This document shows positions 35,727-44,800 of a stretch of 64,000 nt of DNA, in pieces. This stretch comes from an uncultured Actinomycetota bacterium (GTDB lineage: Bacteria; Actinomycetota; Actinomycetes; Streptosporangiales; Streptosporangiaceae): the NCBI GenBank assembly GCA_963725175.1, contig CAVRXH010000006.1:5939580-6003579 (forward strand), read 5' to 3'. Under the pieces are notes generated by a model. It was not told where the DNA came from. It made no database searches and was given only the letters and a program-made list of their open reading frames with translations. The translations under genes were made by a program, and so were the position numbers. Numbering within the stretch: the stretch's first letter is position 1; each line of letters starts with the position of its first letter.

Positions 35727-36295
35727 CAGTGGCTGTCCTGCAACGCTTGCCAGTCTTCCCTGGTCAGGGCGTACTCCACCTCGCCCTGGTCCGCGCCGGG
35801 GATGTCGGGGGCATGGCCCGAGCTGTACGTCCGCGCGAACGTCAGCCCGGACTTCTCCATCACCCGGCGGGACGCCTGGTTGACCGCCATCGTGCGCGCG
35901 ATCACCCGGCGCAGGCCCTGCCGCGCGAAGCCGTGGTCGATGAGCGCCCGCGAGCCCTCCGTGCCGTAGCCCTTTCCCCATGCTGCCTTCCGCAGCCGGT
36001 AGCCCAGCTCGACTTCGCCGTCAGCGCTGTCCGGGCCCGGCCGGAAATGGAACCAGCCAAGGAACTCGCCGGTCGCCTTGTCCAGCGCGGCCCAGAAGCC
36101 CAGGCCGTCGAACCGCTCGTAGAAGCTGAGGAAAAACGGGATCACCCGGTCCCGCACCTCCTCGCGCGGCGTCGGCTGGCCGCCGGTGAGGAACCACATC
36201 ACGTCCGGGTCGGCGTTCAGCTCGACCAGCAGGTCGATGTCGGCCTCAGTGAACCGCCGCAGCACCAGCCGCTCAGTCTCCAGGAAGATGGTCAC
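35726..36295 (-). CDS. GNAT family N-acetyltransferase (RimJ/RimL-like)
   Basis: LETERLVLRRFTEAD… then the acetyl-CoA-binding motif RKAAWGKGYGTE. Confidence 0.8.
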   Translation of the reverse strand: MTIFLETERLVLRRFTEADIDLLVELNADPDVMWFLTGGQPTPREEVRDRVIPFFLSFYERFDGLGFWAALDKATGEFLGWFHFRPGPDSADGEVELGYRLRKAAWGKGYGTEGSRALIDHGFARQGLRRVIARTMAVNQASRRVMEKSGLTFARTYSSGHAPDIPGADQGEVEYALTREDWQALQDSH

Positions 36296-36353
36296 TGACC
36301 CATTATCGGCCGGTGCGGTCGCCGCGATTCCCCGGCGAGCGGGAGGTCGGCCG

Positions 36354-36764
36354 CTAAGGGAGATACAGGCAGAACGGGTGGCCGGCCGGGTCGATCATGA
36401 CCCGGACATTCTCCTGCGGCTGGTAGTCAGCCAGCACCGCGCCCGCCTCGGTGGCCCAGACGACTGCCGCGTCGAGGTCATCGGCGGCGATGTCCAGGTG
36501 CACGGTGGTGTGCTGCTTGCCCGCCTCGCTCGGCCACGTCGGCCGGATGTACTCCGCCTCGTACTCGAAGCTCAGCACCATGCCGGGCTGTCCCGCCGGC
36601 GGCCGCAGCTGCGCCCAGCCATCCTCCGGCGGGAAGCCGGGCCGCCCCGCTTCCTCAACGGCCACGGGCCAGCCGAGCAGCCGCGCGTAAAACGCGGCCA
36701 GCTCACGCGGCGCGGGCGCGCCGATCGTCACCGACGTCACGTCCAGCCGCGGTCGCCGCGTCAT
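36354..36764 (-). CDS. VOC family protein (glyoxalase-like)
   Basis: VOC fold with LAAFYARLLGWP…. Confidence 0.7.
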   Translation of the reverse strand: MTRRPRLDVTSVTIGAPAPRELAAFYARLLGWPVAVEEAGRPGFPPEDGWAQLRPPAGQPGMVLSFEYEAEYIRPTWPSEAGKQHTTVHLDIAADDLDAAVVWATEAGAVLADYQPQENVRVMIDPAGHPFCLYLP

Positions 36765-36950
36765 CTCAGCGGACGCCCTGAAGATCGTGCGGAAACCTGG
36801 TCAGCATCGCGCAATCCCCTAGATGCGGCATCGGGGCGAACGTAGCACGGCCGGGGTCCAGGCAGATGAATGACTTCGCCGCGCGTGCCGTTGCCAGTCG
36901 AGGAGAATACTCAGTATGCTACTCGGCATGCTATCGAGAGTGGCCAGTTC

Positions 36951-37541
36951 ATGAGCGTGCGGCACGCGATGCTCGCGCTGCTGAGCGAGGGGCCTAAGTA
37001 CGGGCTGCGACTCCGCGAGGAGTTCGAGGAGCGCACGGGCGAGGTCTGGCCGCTGAACGTGGGCCAGGTGTACACCACGCTGCAGCGGCTGGAGCGCGAT
37101 GGCCTGGTCGAGTCCGACGGGACCGGCGAGGACGGCCCGCAGAAGGTCTTCCGGATCACCGCCGATGGCGAGCGGGAGCTGGCCTGGTGGCTGCGCACGC
37201 CGCCCGACCTGAGCTCGCCGCCGCGCGACGAGCTCGTGATGAAGGTGCTGATCGCCCTGCGGGTGCCTGGTGCCGATCCGCATGAGGTCATCCAGGCGCA
37301 CCGGCGCTACCTGATGCAGCTCATGCAGCAATGGACGCGGATCAAGGAAGACGAAGCCGGCGGCCTGGGCCTGGCGCTGGCGGTCGACGCCGAGCTGCTC
37401 CGGCTTGACTCGGTGATCAGGTGGCTGGACGTCGCAGATACCCGCATCAAGCGGGCTGGCGCCGGCGCCTTCGCACCCGAGCCCGAGCAAGGCCAAGCGC
37501 CGCTGCCACGGCACCGGCGGGAACTGAGGATGCCCAGATGA
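36951..37541 (+). CDS. PadR family transcriptional regulator
   Basis: AMLALLSEGPKYGLRLREEFEERTGEVWPLNVGQVYTTLQRLERDGLV. An ATGC-N6-GCAT inverted repeat lies upstream. The stop overlaps the ABC ATPase start. Confidence 0.8.
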   Translation: MSVRHAMLALLSEGPKYGLRLREEFEERTGEVWPLNVGQVYTTLQRLERDGLVESDGTGEDGPQKVFRITADGERELAWWLRTPPDLSSPPRDELVMKVLIALRVPGADPHEVIQAHRRYLMQLMQQWTRIKEDEAGGLGLALAVDAELLRLDSVIRWLDVADTRIKRAGAGAFAPEPEQGQAPLPRHRRELRMPR

Positions 37542-38263
37542 AGTCGCTAGAGCTGCACCAGGTGTCCAAGTCCTACGGGCAGGGCACCGCCGAGGTACAC
37601 GCCCTCCGCGGCGTCAGCCTGTCGGCCGACGAGGGCGCGATGGTCGCGGTCATGGGGCCGAGCGGGTCGGGCAAGAGCACGCTGCTCACCATCGCGGGGA
37701 CGCTGGAGGAGCCGACAAGCGGCGAGGTGCTGATCGCCGGGCAGGCCGTCGCGGGCATGTCCCGCAACGCCAGGGCGCGGCTGCGGCGGCGCGCCATCGG
37801 GTACGTGTTCCAGGACTTCAACCTGCTGCCCGGGCTGACCGCCGCCGAGAACGTGGCGCTGCCGCTCGAGCTGGACGGCATGCCCGCCCGCAGGGCAGGG
37901 GTCGCCGGCCGCGAGGCGCTGGAGCGTCTCGGCCTGGGCGAACGGGCCGCGCACTACCCCGACCAGCTCTCCGGCGGAGAACGGCAGCGGGTGGCGATCG
38001 CCCGCGCGATGGTGGGCGAGCGGAAGCTGCTGCTCGCCGACGAGCCCTCGGGCGCGCTGGACTCGGTCAACGGCGAGGCGGTGATGCGCCTGCTGCACAC
38101 CGCGTGCAAGGAAGGCGGGATGACCGCGGTGGTGGTGACCCACGACGCGCAGCTCGCCGCGTGGGCCGACCGGGTGATGTTCCTGCGGGACGGCCGGGTG
38201 ACCGACCAGACCGCCCCGGCACCGGGACCTGAGTCGCTGCTCGCACCGGGGGACGCGCGATGA
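37538..38263 (+). CDS. ABC transporter ATP-binding protein (MacB/LolD/FtsE-like)
   Basis: Walker A GPSGSGKSTLL, signature LSGGERQRVAIARA and Walker B LLLADEP. Confidence 0.85.
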   Translation: MKSLELHQVSKSYGQGTAEVHALRGVSLSADEGAMVAVMGPSGSGKSTLLTIAGTLEEPTSGEVLIAGQAVAGMSRNARARLRRRAIGYVFQDFNLLPGLTAAENVALPLELDGMPARRAGVAGREALERLGLGERAAHYPDQLSGGERQRVAIARAMVGERKLLLADEPSGALDSVNGEAVMRLLHTACKEGGMTAVVVTHDAQLAAWADRVMFLRDGRVTDQTAPAPGPESLLAPGDAR

Positions 38264-40800
38264 GCACGGGTCTGCGGGAACGGCCAGCCGCCGGGAGGGC
38301 GCCGAACGGGGGCGCTCCCGCCCGCCGCGCGGTCATCCGCTGGGGAGTGCGGCTGCTGCGCCGCGAGTGGCGGCAGCAGCTGCTGATCCTGGGGCTGATC
38401 ACGGTCGCGGTGGCGGCCGCGGTCGTCGCCTCGGCGGTCGCGACCGATACCCCGGCCCCGATAGCCGGGGTGCTCGGCACCGCGCAGGATGCCGCCACGC
38501 TCACCGGCACGCCCGCGAAGATCAGTGCCGGGATCAGCGACCTCGCAAGCCGCTACGGCAGGACCGACGTCATCGAGAACGAGGCCGTGCCGATCCCCGG
38601 CACCCGCCGCACGTTCGACCTGCGGGCGCAGAATCCGCGCGGGCCGTTCGGCCGCCCGATGCTGTCCCTGGCCAGCGGTCATTACCCGGCCACGGCGGAC
38701 CAGATCGCGGTGACCAGCGGCGTCGCCGCCGACTTCGGGCTCAGCACCGGCCGCGGCTGGACCATCGCCGGCAAGACCTGGAAAGTGACCGGCATCGTCC
38801 AGAACCCGCAGAACCTGCTGGACGAGTTTGCCCTGGTCATGCCCGGCCAGGTCGCCGCGCCTGACAACGTCACGGTCCTGTTCAGCGCTCCGGGCCAGAC
38901 CGCGCAGGGCATCCAGGCGGCCACCGGCATCGACGTCACCACCGCCCAGACGGTGGCGAACGCCAACGTGATCAACCCCCAGACGATCTCGATCTCGGCC
39001 GCCGTCCTGGGCATGCTGCTGATCGCGCTCGTCGGAATCGGCGGCTTCACGGTCCTGGCGCAGCGCAGGCTGAGGGCGATCGGCATGCTCGCCGCCCAGG
39101 GCGCGACGCCGCGGCACATCGGGCTCGTCGTCAGGGCCAACGGCGCCGCGACCGGCGTCGCGGGCGCGGTGGCCGGCTTCGTGCTCGGCTTCCTCGCCTG
39201 GCTCGCTTACCGCCCGCAGGCCGAGCAGAGCGCACATCACCTGATGGGCGTGTTCCAGCTGCCGTGGACCGTCATCGGCATCTCCATGGCCCTCGCGGTC
39301 ATCGCCACCTACTTCGCCGCCTCCCGGCCGGCGAGGGCCATCGCCGGAGCCTCCATCGTGGCGGCGCTGGCCGGCCGCCCGCCCGCGACGAAGAAGACCG
39401 GCCACCTCGCGGTCCCCGTCGGCCTTGGCTTCCTCGTCGTGGCCTTCCTCCTGCTCGGCGCCGCCGGCGCCATCGGCACCGGGGGCGGCGACCAGAGCGG
39501 CCATATCCGCGAGCTCGTCCTCGGCTTCCTGGTGCTCGCGGTCGCCATCGTGCTGCTCGCCCCGGCCTGCCTGGTGGTCCTCGCCGCCGCCGGACGGCGG
39601 GCACCCATATCGGTGCGGCTCGCCCTGCGGGACCTCGCGCGCTACCGGGCACGATCGGGCCCGGCGCTGGCGGCGATCAGCCTCAGCACCCTGATCGCGG
39701 TCATCATCTGCGTGGCCAGCGCCGCCCGGCTGGACAACGTCCTCGACTATGCCGGCCCGAGCCTGACCTCCAGCCAGCTCATCGTCTACGCCCCGGCCAG
39801 CGGGATGGGCAAGCAACCGGGCGGCCCGCCAGGGCCGAGCACCGCCCCGCCGGTCAGCATGGCGAAAGCGCGGCAGGTCGCCGGCCAGATCGCCGCCGGC
39901 CTCGGCACCACTCGCATGATCACGCTGGAGTCGACCAGCGCGTGCGTGCGGCACGCCGGGGCCGGGCGGCAATGGGACGGTGCGGTCTACGTGGCCACCC
40001 CGCAGCTGCTCAGCGCGTTCGGCATCAGGCAGTCGCAGGTCAGTCCCGACGCCGACCTGCTCACGATGCGCCCAGGCCTGTCCACCATGAGCCTGATGCA
40101 GCTCGCCACCGGCCCGTCGTGCGGCGGGAACCCCGGCAGCGGCAACCCCTTCGCCTGTCCGCCGGGCTCGTGTGTGAGCAGCCCGCCGATCCAGGAGTTC
40201 AGCCAGCTCCCGTCCGGCGTCTCCGCGCCGAACACGGTGATCACGCAGCACGCGATCACCGCGCTCCGCCTGCAGAGGTCGGTCACCACGGACGGCTGGC
40301 TCATCACCGCGCCGCGCGACCTCACCGCCGCGCAGATCGCCAGGGCGCAGCAGCTCGCGGCCGGAGCGTCCGGGATGAGCGTCGAGACCCGCAACAGCAT
40401 CCCGTCGCTGGCCCAGATCATCGACGCGGCCACGATCTTCGGCATCGTTCTCGCGCTCGGCATCCTCGGCATGAGCGTGGGCCTGGTCCGCAGCGAGGCG
40501 GCCGGCGACCTGCGGACGCTCACCGCCGCGGGCGCGGCCCCCGCCACCCGCCGCACCATCACCGCGGCCACCGCCGGGGCGCTCGCCTTCACCGGGGCCG
40601 TGATCGGCATCGCCGGCGGCTACCTGGCGGCGATCGGCTTCTTCCGGAGCAACCAGCTAGACGGCCTGTCCTCGCTATCCAGCATCCCGGTGACCAACCT
40701 GCTGGTGATCCTCGTCGGCATGCCGCTGGCCGCCGTGGTCATCGGCTGGCTGACCGCGGGCCGCGAGCCGGCCAGCATGTCCCGCCAGCCCCTCGAATAA
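38260..40800 (+). CDS. ABC transporter permease, FtsX-like (846 aa, duplicated FtsX domains)
   Basis: ATGA start/stop overlap with the ATPase. Two clusters of four TM segments are separated by large extracytoplasmic domains. Confidence 0.85.
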   Translation: MSTGLRERPAAGRAPNGGAPARRAVIRWGVRLLRREWRQQLLILGLITVAVAAAVVASAVATDTPAPIAGVLGTAQDAATLTGTPAKISAGISDLASRYGRTDVIENEAVPIPGTRRTFDLRAQNPRGPFGRPMLSLASGHYPATADQIAVTSGVAADFGLSTGRGWTIAGKTWKVTGIVQNPQNLLDEFALVMPGQVAAPDNVTVLFSAPGQTAQGIQAATGIDVTTAQTVANANVINPQTISISAAVLGMLLIALVGIGGFTVLAQRRLRAIGMLAAQGATPRHIGLVVRANGAATGVAGAVAGFVLGFLAWLAYRPQAEQSAHHLMGVFQLPWTVIGISMALAVIATYFAASRPARAIAGASIVAALAGRPPATKKTGHLAVPVGLGFLVVAFLLLGAAGAIGTGGGDQSGHIRELVLGFLVLAVAIVLLAPACLVVLAAAGRRAPISVRLALRDLARYRARSGPALAAISLSTLIAVIICVASAARLDNVLDYAGPSLTSSQLIVYAPASGMGKQPGGPPGPSTAPPVSMAKARQVAGQIAAGLGTTRMITLESTSACVRHAGAGRQWDGAVYVATPQLLSAFGIRQSQVSPDADLLTMRPGLSTMSLMQLATGPSCGGNPGSGNPFACPPGSCVSSPPIQEFSQLPSGVSAPNTVITQHAITALRLQRSVTTDGWLITAPRDLTAAQIARAQQLAAGASGMSVETRNSIPSLAQIIDAATIFGIVLALGILGMSVGLVRSEAAGDLRTLTAAGAAPATRRTITAATAGALAFTGAVIGIAGGYLAAIGFFRSNQLDGLSSLSSIPVTNLLVILVGMPLAAVVIGWLTAGREPASMSRQPLE

Positions 40801-40830
40801 CCGAGGCCGGACTGGCCGATCGTGCCAGCC

Positions 40831-41550
40831 TTAGCCGCCGAGCTGGCTCGAGCCGGGCATCTTGACGGTACGGGCCACGAGGAAGACCGGCTTGCGGTCG
40901 GCGTCGTGTGCCTGGTCCCAGTCCGGCGCCGGCAGCGGCTCAGCCATCTGGTCCAGCCACAGGTCGTGCCGCCGGAGCGTGTTGAGGTAGGTCGACAGCA
41001 TCCGGTGACTGGCGCCCACCTGGCGGCGCAGCGTGGACAGGGCGTCCTGCGCCGTCCAGTGCCCTTCGTCGTAGTAGCTTCCCGCCGTTGGCCAGGAGCC
41101 CGAGACGTCCTTCCCGCCGGCGAAGCACGGGTGCAGGATCGAGAAGACGAACCGCCCGCGTGGCCGCAGCGCGGCGCTGACAGCCGCGATCGCGCCGTCG
41201 AGGTCGTCAATGTCGGAGAGCCCGAAACTGCAGGTCGCCACGTCGAACGGGGCCTTGCTCGGGAGCCCGGATGTCACGTCGGCGTGGATATAGCGGATGC
41301 CGCGCGGCTCGTCCCGCTCAGCTTCCCCGGCTTTCCTGAGCAGGTTCCCGGAGATATCAATCCCCACGACTTCCGCGCCGCGTCTGGACAGCTCGCGGGT
41401 GATCCGGCCGTGCCCGCAGGCGACATCCAGTACCCGCAGGCCATCGACCGGCCCCACGAGGTCGAGAAGGGCAACGGACACCGAATCGTCCGTGACGTCG
41501 AACCCGCTGATGTAGAAGTCCGCGACCGCGTCATACCTGGCCAGCACCAT
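40831..41550 (-). CDS. Class I SAM-dependent methyltransferase
   Basis: SAM-binding motif VLDVACGHGRITREL plus motif II/III spacing. Confidence 0.8.
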   Translation of the reverse strand: MVLARYDAVADFYISGFDVTDDSVSVALLDLVGPVDGLRVLDVACGHGRITRELSRRGAEVVGIDISGNLLRKAGEAERDEPRGIRYIHADVTSGLPSKAPFDVATCSFGLSDIDDLDGAIAAVSAALRPRGRFVFSILHPCFAGGKDVSGSWPTAGSYYDEGHWTAQDALSTLRRQVGASHRMLSTYLNTLRRHDLWLDQMAEPLPAPDWDQAHDADRKPVFLVARTVKMPGSSQLGG

Positions 41551-41630
41551 GCCCCGACTCTAGGTAGCCGGTCCTCCTGGCCGGCGCGGATTCGCAGTGA
41601 GCGGATTCTTGCTGGCCGGCTGGGAGGTCG

Positions 41631-42626
41631 GTGCTGAGGGTGCCCCAGGTGCCCTGCTGGGTGACGGCCCCGACCGGTGCTGTCGTGAATACTGGAGCGG
41701 TGCCTGGCGGTTCCCCTGCGGTTGACGGCGAAGTCATCGCGGCCGGGGGAGTGAAGCAGTTCGTGCGCCGTCTGGGCGACCCGGCCCTGCCGACGCTGAT
41801 CGTGGTGCACGGCGGTCCGACCTGGGACCACTCTTACCTGCTGCCCGCCGTCGCGGAGCTTGCCGACCTTGCTCACGTCGTGCTGTTCGACCTGCGCGGC
41901 TGCGGCCGGAGTTCCCGTACGCCGCCGGCGGGTGACCTTCCGGTGGCCGCCCTGCAGCCCGACCTGGTGGCCGACGATGTCGCCGCGCTAGCCCGGCGCT
42001 ACGGCGCGGACCCCGCGGCCCGCGTGGATGTGCTCGGCTTCTCCTACGGCGGGCGGGTCGCCATGCGCGTAGTGGATCAGTATCCCGGCCTCGTCCGCCG
42101 GCTGATCCTGGCCTCCACCACGGCCTACCAGGACTATCAGGCCGACCTGGAGGCGTCCGCCGACTATCGGGCCCGCGCCGCGCTGAGCACGCCCGTCGCG
42201 TGGGACGACCCGGCGCTGACCGGCCCGAAGGCGGAGGACGGCGCGTTCAGCCGGGCGATGGCCTACGCCAGCGCGCCCTACGACATCTGGCACCTGGAAC
42301 GGATGCGCGACTGGCACCGGGTTCTGGACCAGGTCCGGTTCAGCAGTGACTGGAACGCCCCCTACGCGGATGGCCAGCTCCGGCCCGGAGCACCCGACGA
42401 CGCCGAACGCATCCTGCGTGACTGGGCCAGGCCCGTGCTCATCGTGCACGGCCGCCGGGAAATGACCTTCCCGGTCAGCGTCGCCCGGCGGCTGCACACC
42501 GCGCTGCCCGCCAGCACCCTCGCCGAGATCCCCGGCGCCGCGCACATGGCGCACTTCGACAACCCCGGCGCCTGGCTGGCCGCCATCCGCGCCTTCCTCA
42601 GCCTCCCCGAGCCGCTCGGGCGCTGA
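41631..42626 (+). CDS. Alpha/beta hydrolase (proline iminopeptidase-like)
   Basis: GTG start with a GGGAGG RBS. IVVHGGPTWDHSY precedes the nucleophile-elbow-like GFSYGG. Confidence 0.8.
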   Translation: MLRVPQVPCWVTAPTGAVVNTGAVPGGSPAVDGEVIAAGGVKQFVRRLGDPALPTLIVVHGGPTWDHSYLLPAVAELADLAHVVLFDLRGCGRSSRTPPAGDLPVAALQPDLVADDVAALARRYGADPAARVDVLGFSYGGRVAMRVVDQYPGLVRRLILASTTAYQDYQADLEASADYRARAALSTPVAWDDPALTGPKAEDGAFSRAMAYASAPYDIWHLERMRDWHRVLDQVRFSSDWNAPYADGQLRPGAPDDAERILRDWARPVLIVHGRREMTFPVSVARRLHTALPASTLAEIPGAAHMAHFDNPGAWLAAIRAFLSLPEPLGR

Positions 42627-42656
42627 GGCTATGCGCGCGTGCCACGAGCTCGCCGT

Positions 42657-43562
42657 TCAGCCCCGGTACGCCACCGTCACGTAGTCCGACGACTTCGCCC
42701 CATAGCTGGACCCGGTCACGTACACCCTGGTACCGGCCGGGCTGACCGCCACCGTGTAGGCGAAGTCGTGGCTGTTGCCCGGCCCCTGGTAGCGGGCCGC
42801 CCACAGTCGCGCCCCGGTCGCCGCGCTGTACGCCACCGTCGCGTAGTCAGACGACTTCGCCGCCTGGCTGCGCCCGGTGACGAACACCCTGGTCCCGCCC
42901 CGGCTGACCGCGATGGCGTTAGGGCTGTCGTAGCCGTACTTGCCGGCGCCGTTGTAGCGGGCCGCCCACAGCCGAGCGCCGGTCGCGGCGCGGTACGCCA
43001 CCGTGGCGTAGTCAGTCGACGTTGACCCGTCGCTGGACCCGGTGACATACACCCTGTTCCCGCCGGGGCTGACCGCCACGGCGGAGGCGTAGTCGTTGCC
43101 GTTGGCCGGGCCGTTGTACCTGGCCACCCATAGCCGCGCGCCGGTCGCGGCGTTATAGGCCACCGTCGCGAAGTCAGCCGACGCTGGCCCCTGCCTGGAT
43201 CCGGTGACGTAGACCGTGGCCCCGTCCGGGCTCACCGCCAGGGCGGCAGCGGTGCCGTCGCGGTAGCGCGCCGTCCACAGCCGCGCGCCGGTCGCGGCGC
43301 TGTACGCCACCGTCGCGTAACCAGTCGGCGTCGCCTGGCTGGACCCGGTCACGTATACCCGGAGCCCGCCCGGGCCGACCGCCAAGGCGGTGGCGGTCCC
43401 GTTGCGGTGGCGCGCCAGCCATAGCCGCGCGCCGCCCGCAGGAACCGGCCGGCCGGCCGCTCCCTCGGCGGCACCCGATGCGGCCAGAGCCGATGCCGCC
43501 AGCGCCATACCTAACGCCGCCGCGCACAATCCGCGCGCCACGTTCCCGCCCATCGGAGTCAT
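42657..43562 (-). CDS. Secreted beta-propeller repeat protein (six PQQ-like repeats of about 48 aa)
   Basis: Signal peptide, then six repeats of the unit …YATVAY.AATGARLW.ARY.G…A.AVSP.G..VYVTGSS…. Confidence 0.65.
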   Translation of the reverse strand: MTPMGGNVARGLCAAALGMALAASALAASGAAEGAAGRPVPAGGARLWLARHRNGTATALAVGPGGLRVYVTGSSQATPTGYATVAYSAATGARLWTARYRDGTAAALAVSPDGATVYVTGSRQGPASADFATVAYNAATGARLWVARYNGPANGNDYASAVAVSPGGNRVYVTGSSDGSTSTDYATVAYRAATGARLWAARYNGAGKYGYDSPNAIAVSRGGTRVFVTGRSQAAKSSDYATVAYSAATGARLWAARYQGPGNSHDFAYTVAVSPAGTRVYVTGSSYGAKSSDYVTVAYRG

Positions 43563-43888
43563 TCCCCTCGTGAGGCCAGGCGCCCGGGAACCGCGCCCAG
43601 GGCTGGCGCGCGACGTCTGCCGTCCGGGAGAACCACCGGCCTGGAATCGCCGTCACCTGCGCTGACGACCCCCGGCCGCACCGGCCGGGTTTACCAGCTC
43701 GCGCTACCAGCGTCGCACAACCACCGCGACCGCGCTGCCTCCCGCCATGCCTGCCGACGGCGCCTAGTCCTGCAATTCGGTCAGCAGGGCCGAGTCTGTC
43801 GGCAACGTGCCGGGACAGCGCGGCGGCACATGCGGCGGTCGGCCGTTGGAGTAGTGGGAAAGTGGCCGCCGAGGCCTACTCTGGTGTC

Positions 43889-44119
43889 ATGACGATGACT
43901 GTCCACCTGCACGGCGATTTGGCTGCCGCGCTGGAGGCCGAGGCCGCCCGCCGCGGCCAGAGCCCCGAGCAGGTCGCCGCCGACCTGCTCGCTGAGCGGC
44001 TGCCGCCCGGCGGGAAGCGCCGCCGCAGGCTCGCCTTCGCTGGGGTCGGCGAGTCCGCCTCCGGCCGGTCAGCCTCCGAGGCTGACCGGATGCTGGCCGA
44101 GGGGTTCGGGCGCGACTAG
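43889..44119 (+). CDS. vapB: VapB-type antitoxin (ribbon-helix-helix, Rv0623-like C-terminal motif)
   Basis: N-terminal RHH MTVHLHGDLAAALEAEAARRGQSPEQVAADLLAERL. C-terminal motif RRRLAFAGVGESASGRSASEADRMLAEGFGRD matches the 47805-48059 paralogue. An alternative GTG start is at 43862. Confidence 0.6.
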   Translation: MTMTVHLHGDLAAALEAEAARRGQSPEQVAADLLAERLPPGGKRRRRLAFAGVGESASGRSASEADRMLAEGFGRD

Positions 44120-44221
44120 GTGCTGATCGTGGACACCGGGCCACTGGTCGCGGCGGCCGGTCTCCACATTCGGAGACCGGCCTTAAACCCGGACTGTGCG
44201 TGGGCGGTACTGGGATTGAAC
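44116..44221 (+). pseudogene. Truncated vapC (PIN toxin) remnant: 35 codons that read into the 3' end of tRNA-Val(GAC)
   Basis: VLIVDTGPLVAAAG… parallels the intact VapC N-terminus MTMLIVDTGPLVAYLN at 48040. The ORF terminates inside the tRNA acceptor/T-arm sequence. Confidence 0.45.
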
Positions 44222-44272
44222 CAGTGACCCCTACCGTGTCAGGGTAGTGCTCTCCCGCTGAGCTAACCGCCC
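44201..44272 (-). tRNA. tRNA-Val (anticodon GAC)
   Basis: Hand-folded: acceptor GGGCGGT/ACCGCCC, anticodon arm CTACC-CTGACAC-GGTAG, T-arm ACTGG-TTCAATC-CCAGT. Confidence 0.9.
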
Positions 44273-44276
44273 GCAG

Positions 44277-44348
44277 AGGCGGAAGCGGGAATCGAACCCG
44301 CGTAAGGGGCTTTGCAGGCCCCTGCCTAAGCCACTCGGCCATTCCGCC
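44277..44348 (-). tRNA. tRNA-Cys (anticodon GCA)
   Basis: Hand-folded: acceptor GGCGGAA/TTCCGCC, anticodon arm GGGGC-CTGCAAA-GCCCC, T-arm GCGGG-TTCGATT-CCCGC. Confidence 0.9.
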
Positions 44349-44429
44349 ACAAGCCGCCCCGGGGAGCTGGCCTGAGTATCTCTGAGCCGTACTGGCCGTC
44401 GACTCGCGAGACGGCTTCCGGCGCTTCCG

Positions 44430-44502
44430 AGCGGACGACGGGATTCGAACCCGCGACCCTCACCTTGGCAAGGTGATGCTCTACCAACTGAGCCACGTCC
44501 GC
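44430..44502 (-). tRNA. tRNA-Gly (anticodon GCC)
   Basis: Hand-folded: acceptor GCGGACG/CGTCCGC, anticodon arm TCACC-TTGCCAA-GGTGA, T-loop TTCGAAT. Confidence 0.9.
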
Positions 44503-44800
44503 GTACTGCCAGCCGCTCCGGGCTGGCCCGGAGTACCACTGGCGTGCGTTCAGAACTGTAGCCGATCCTGACCGGCCCGCAAACTCGGCTGGGCCAGGGG
44601 ACCCGCGACCAGGGCGGGCAGACGGGGCATGCAGGGCGGTCGCCGCGCGTCAGGCCCGTTTCGTCCCAATTCCCTTCCCTGCCCCGCCCGCCGGGCCAGC
44701 GTCCCCGGAGCGAGCGCCGCAGCGACAGCGAACCTAGGTGCCAGGCCAGCAATCACGGCCCCCATCGCGGGAACTTATGCCCGGATGGGAGGCTGCTCCC

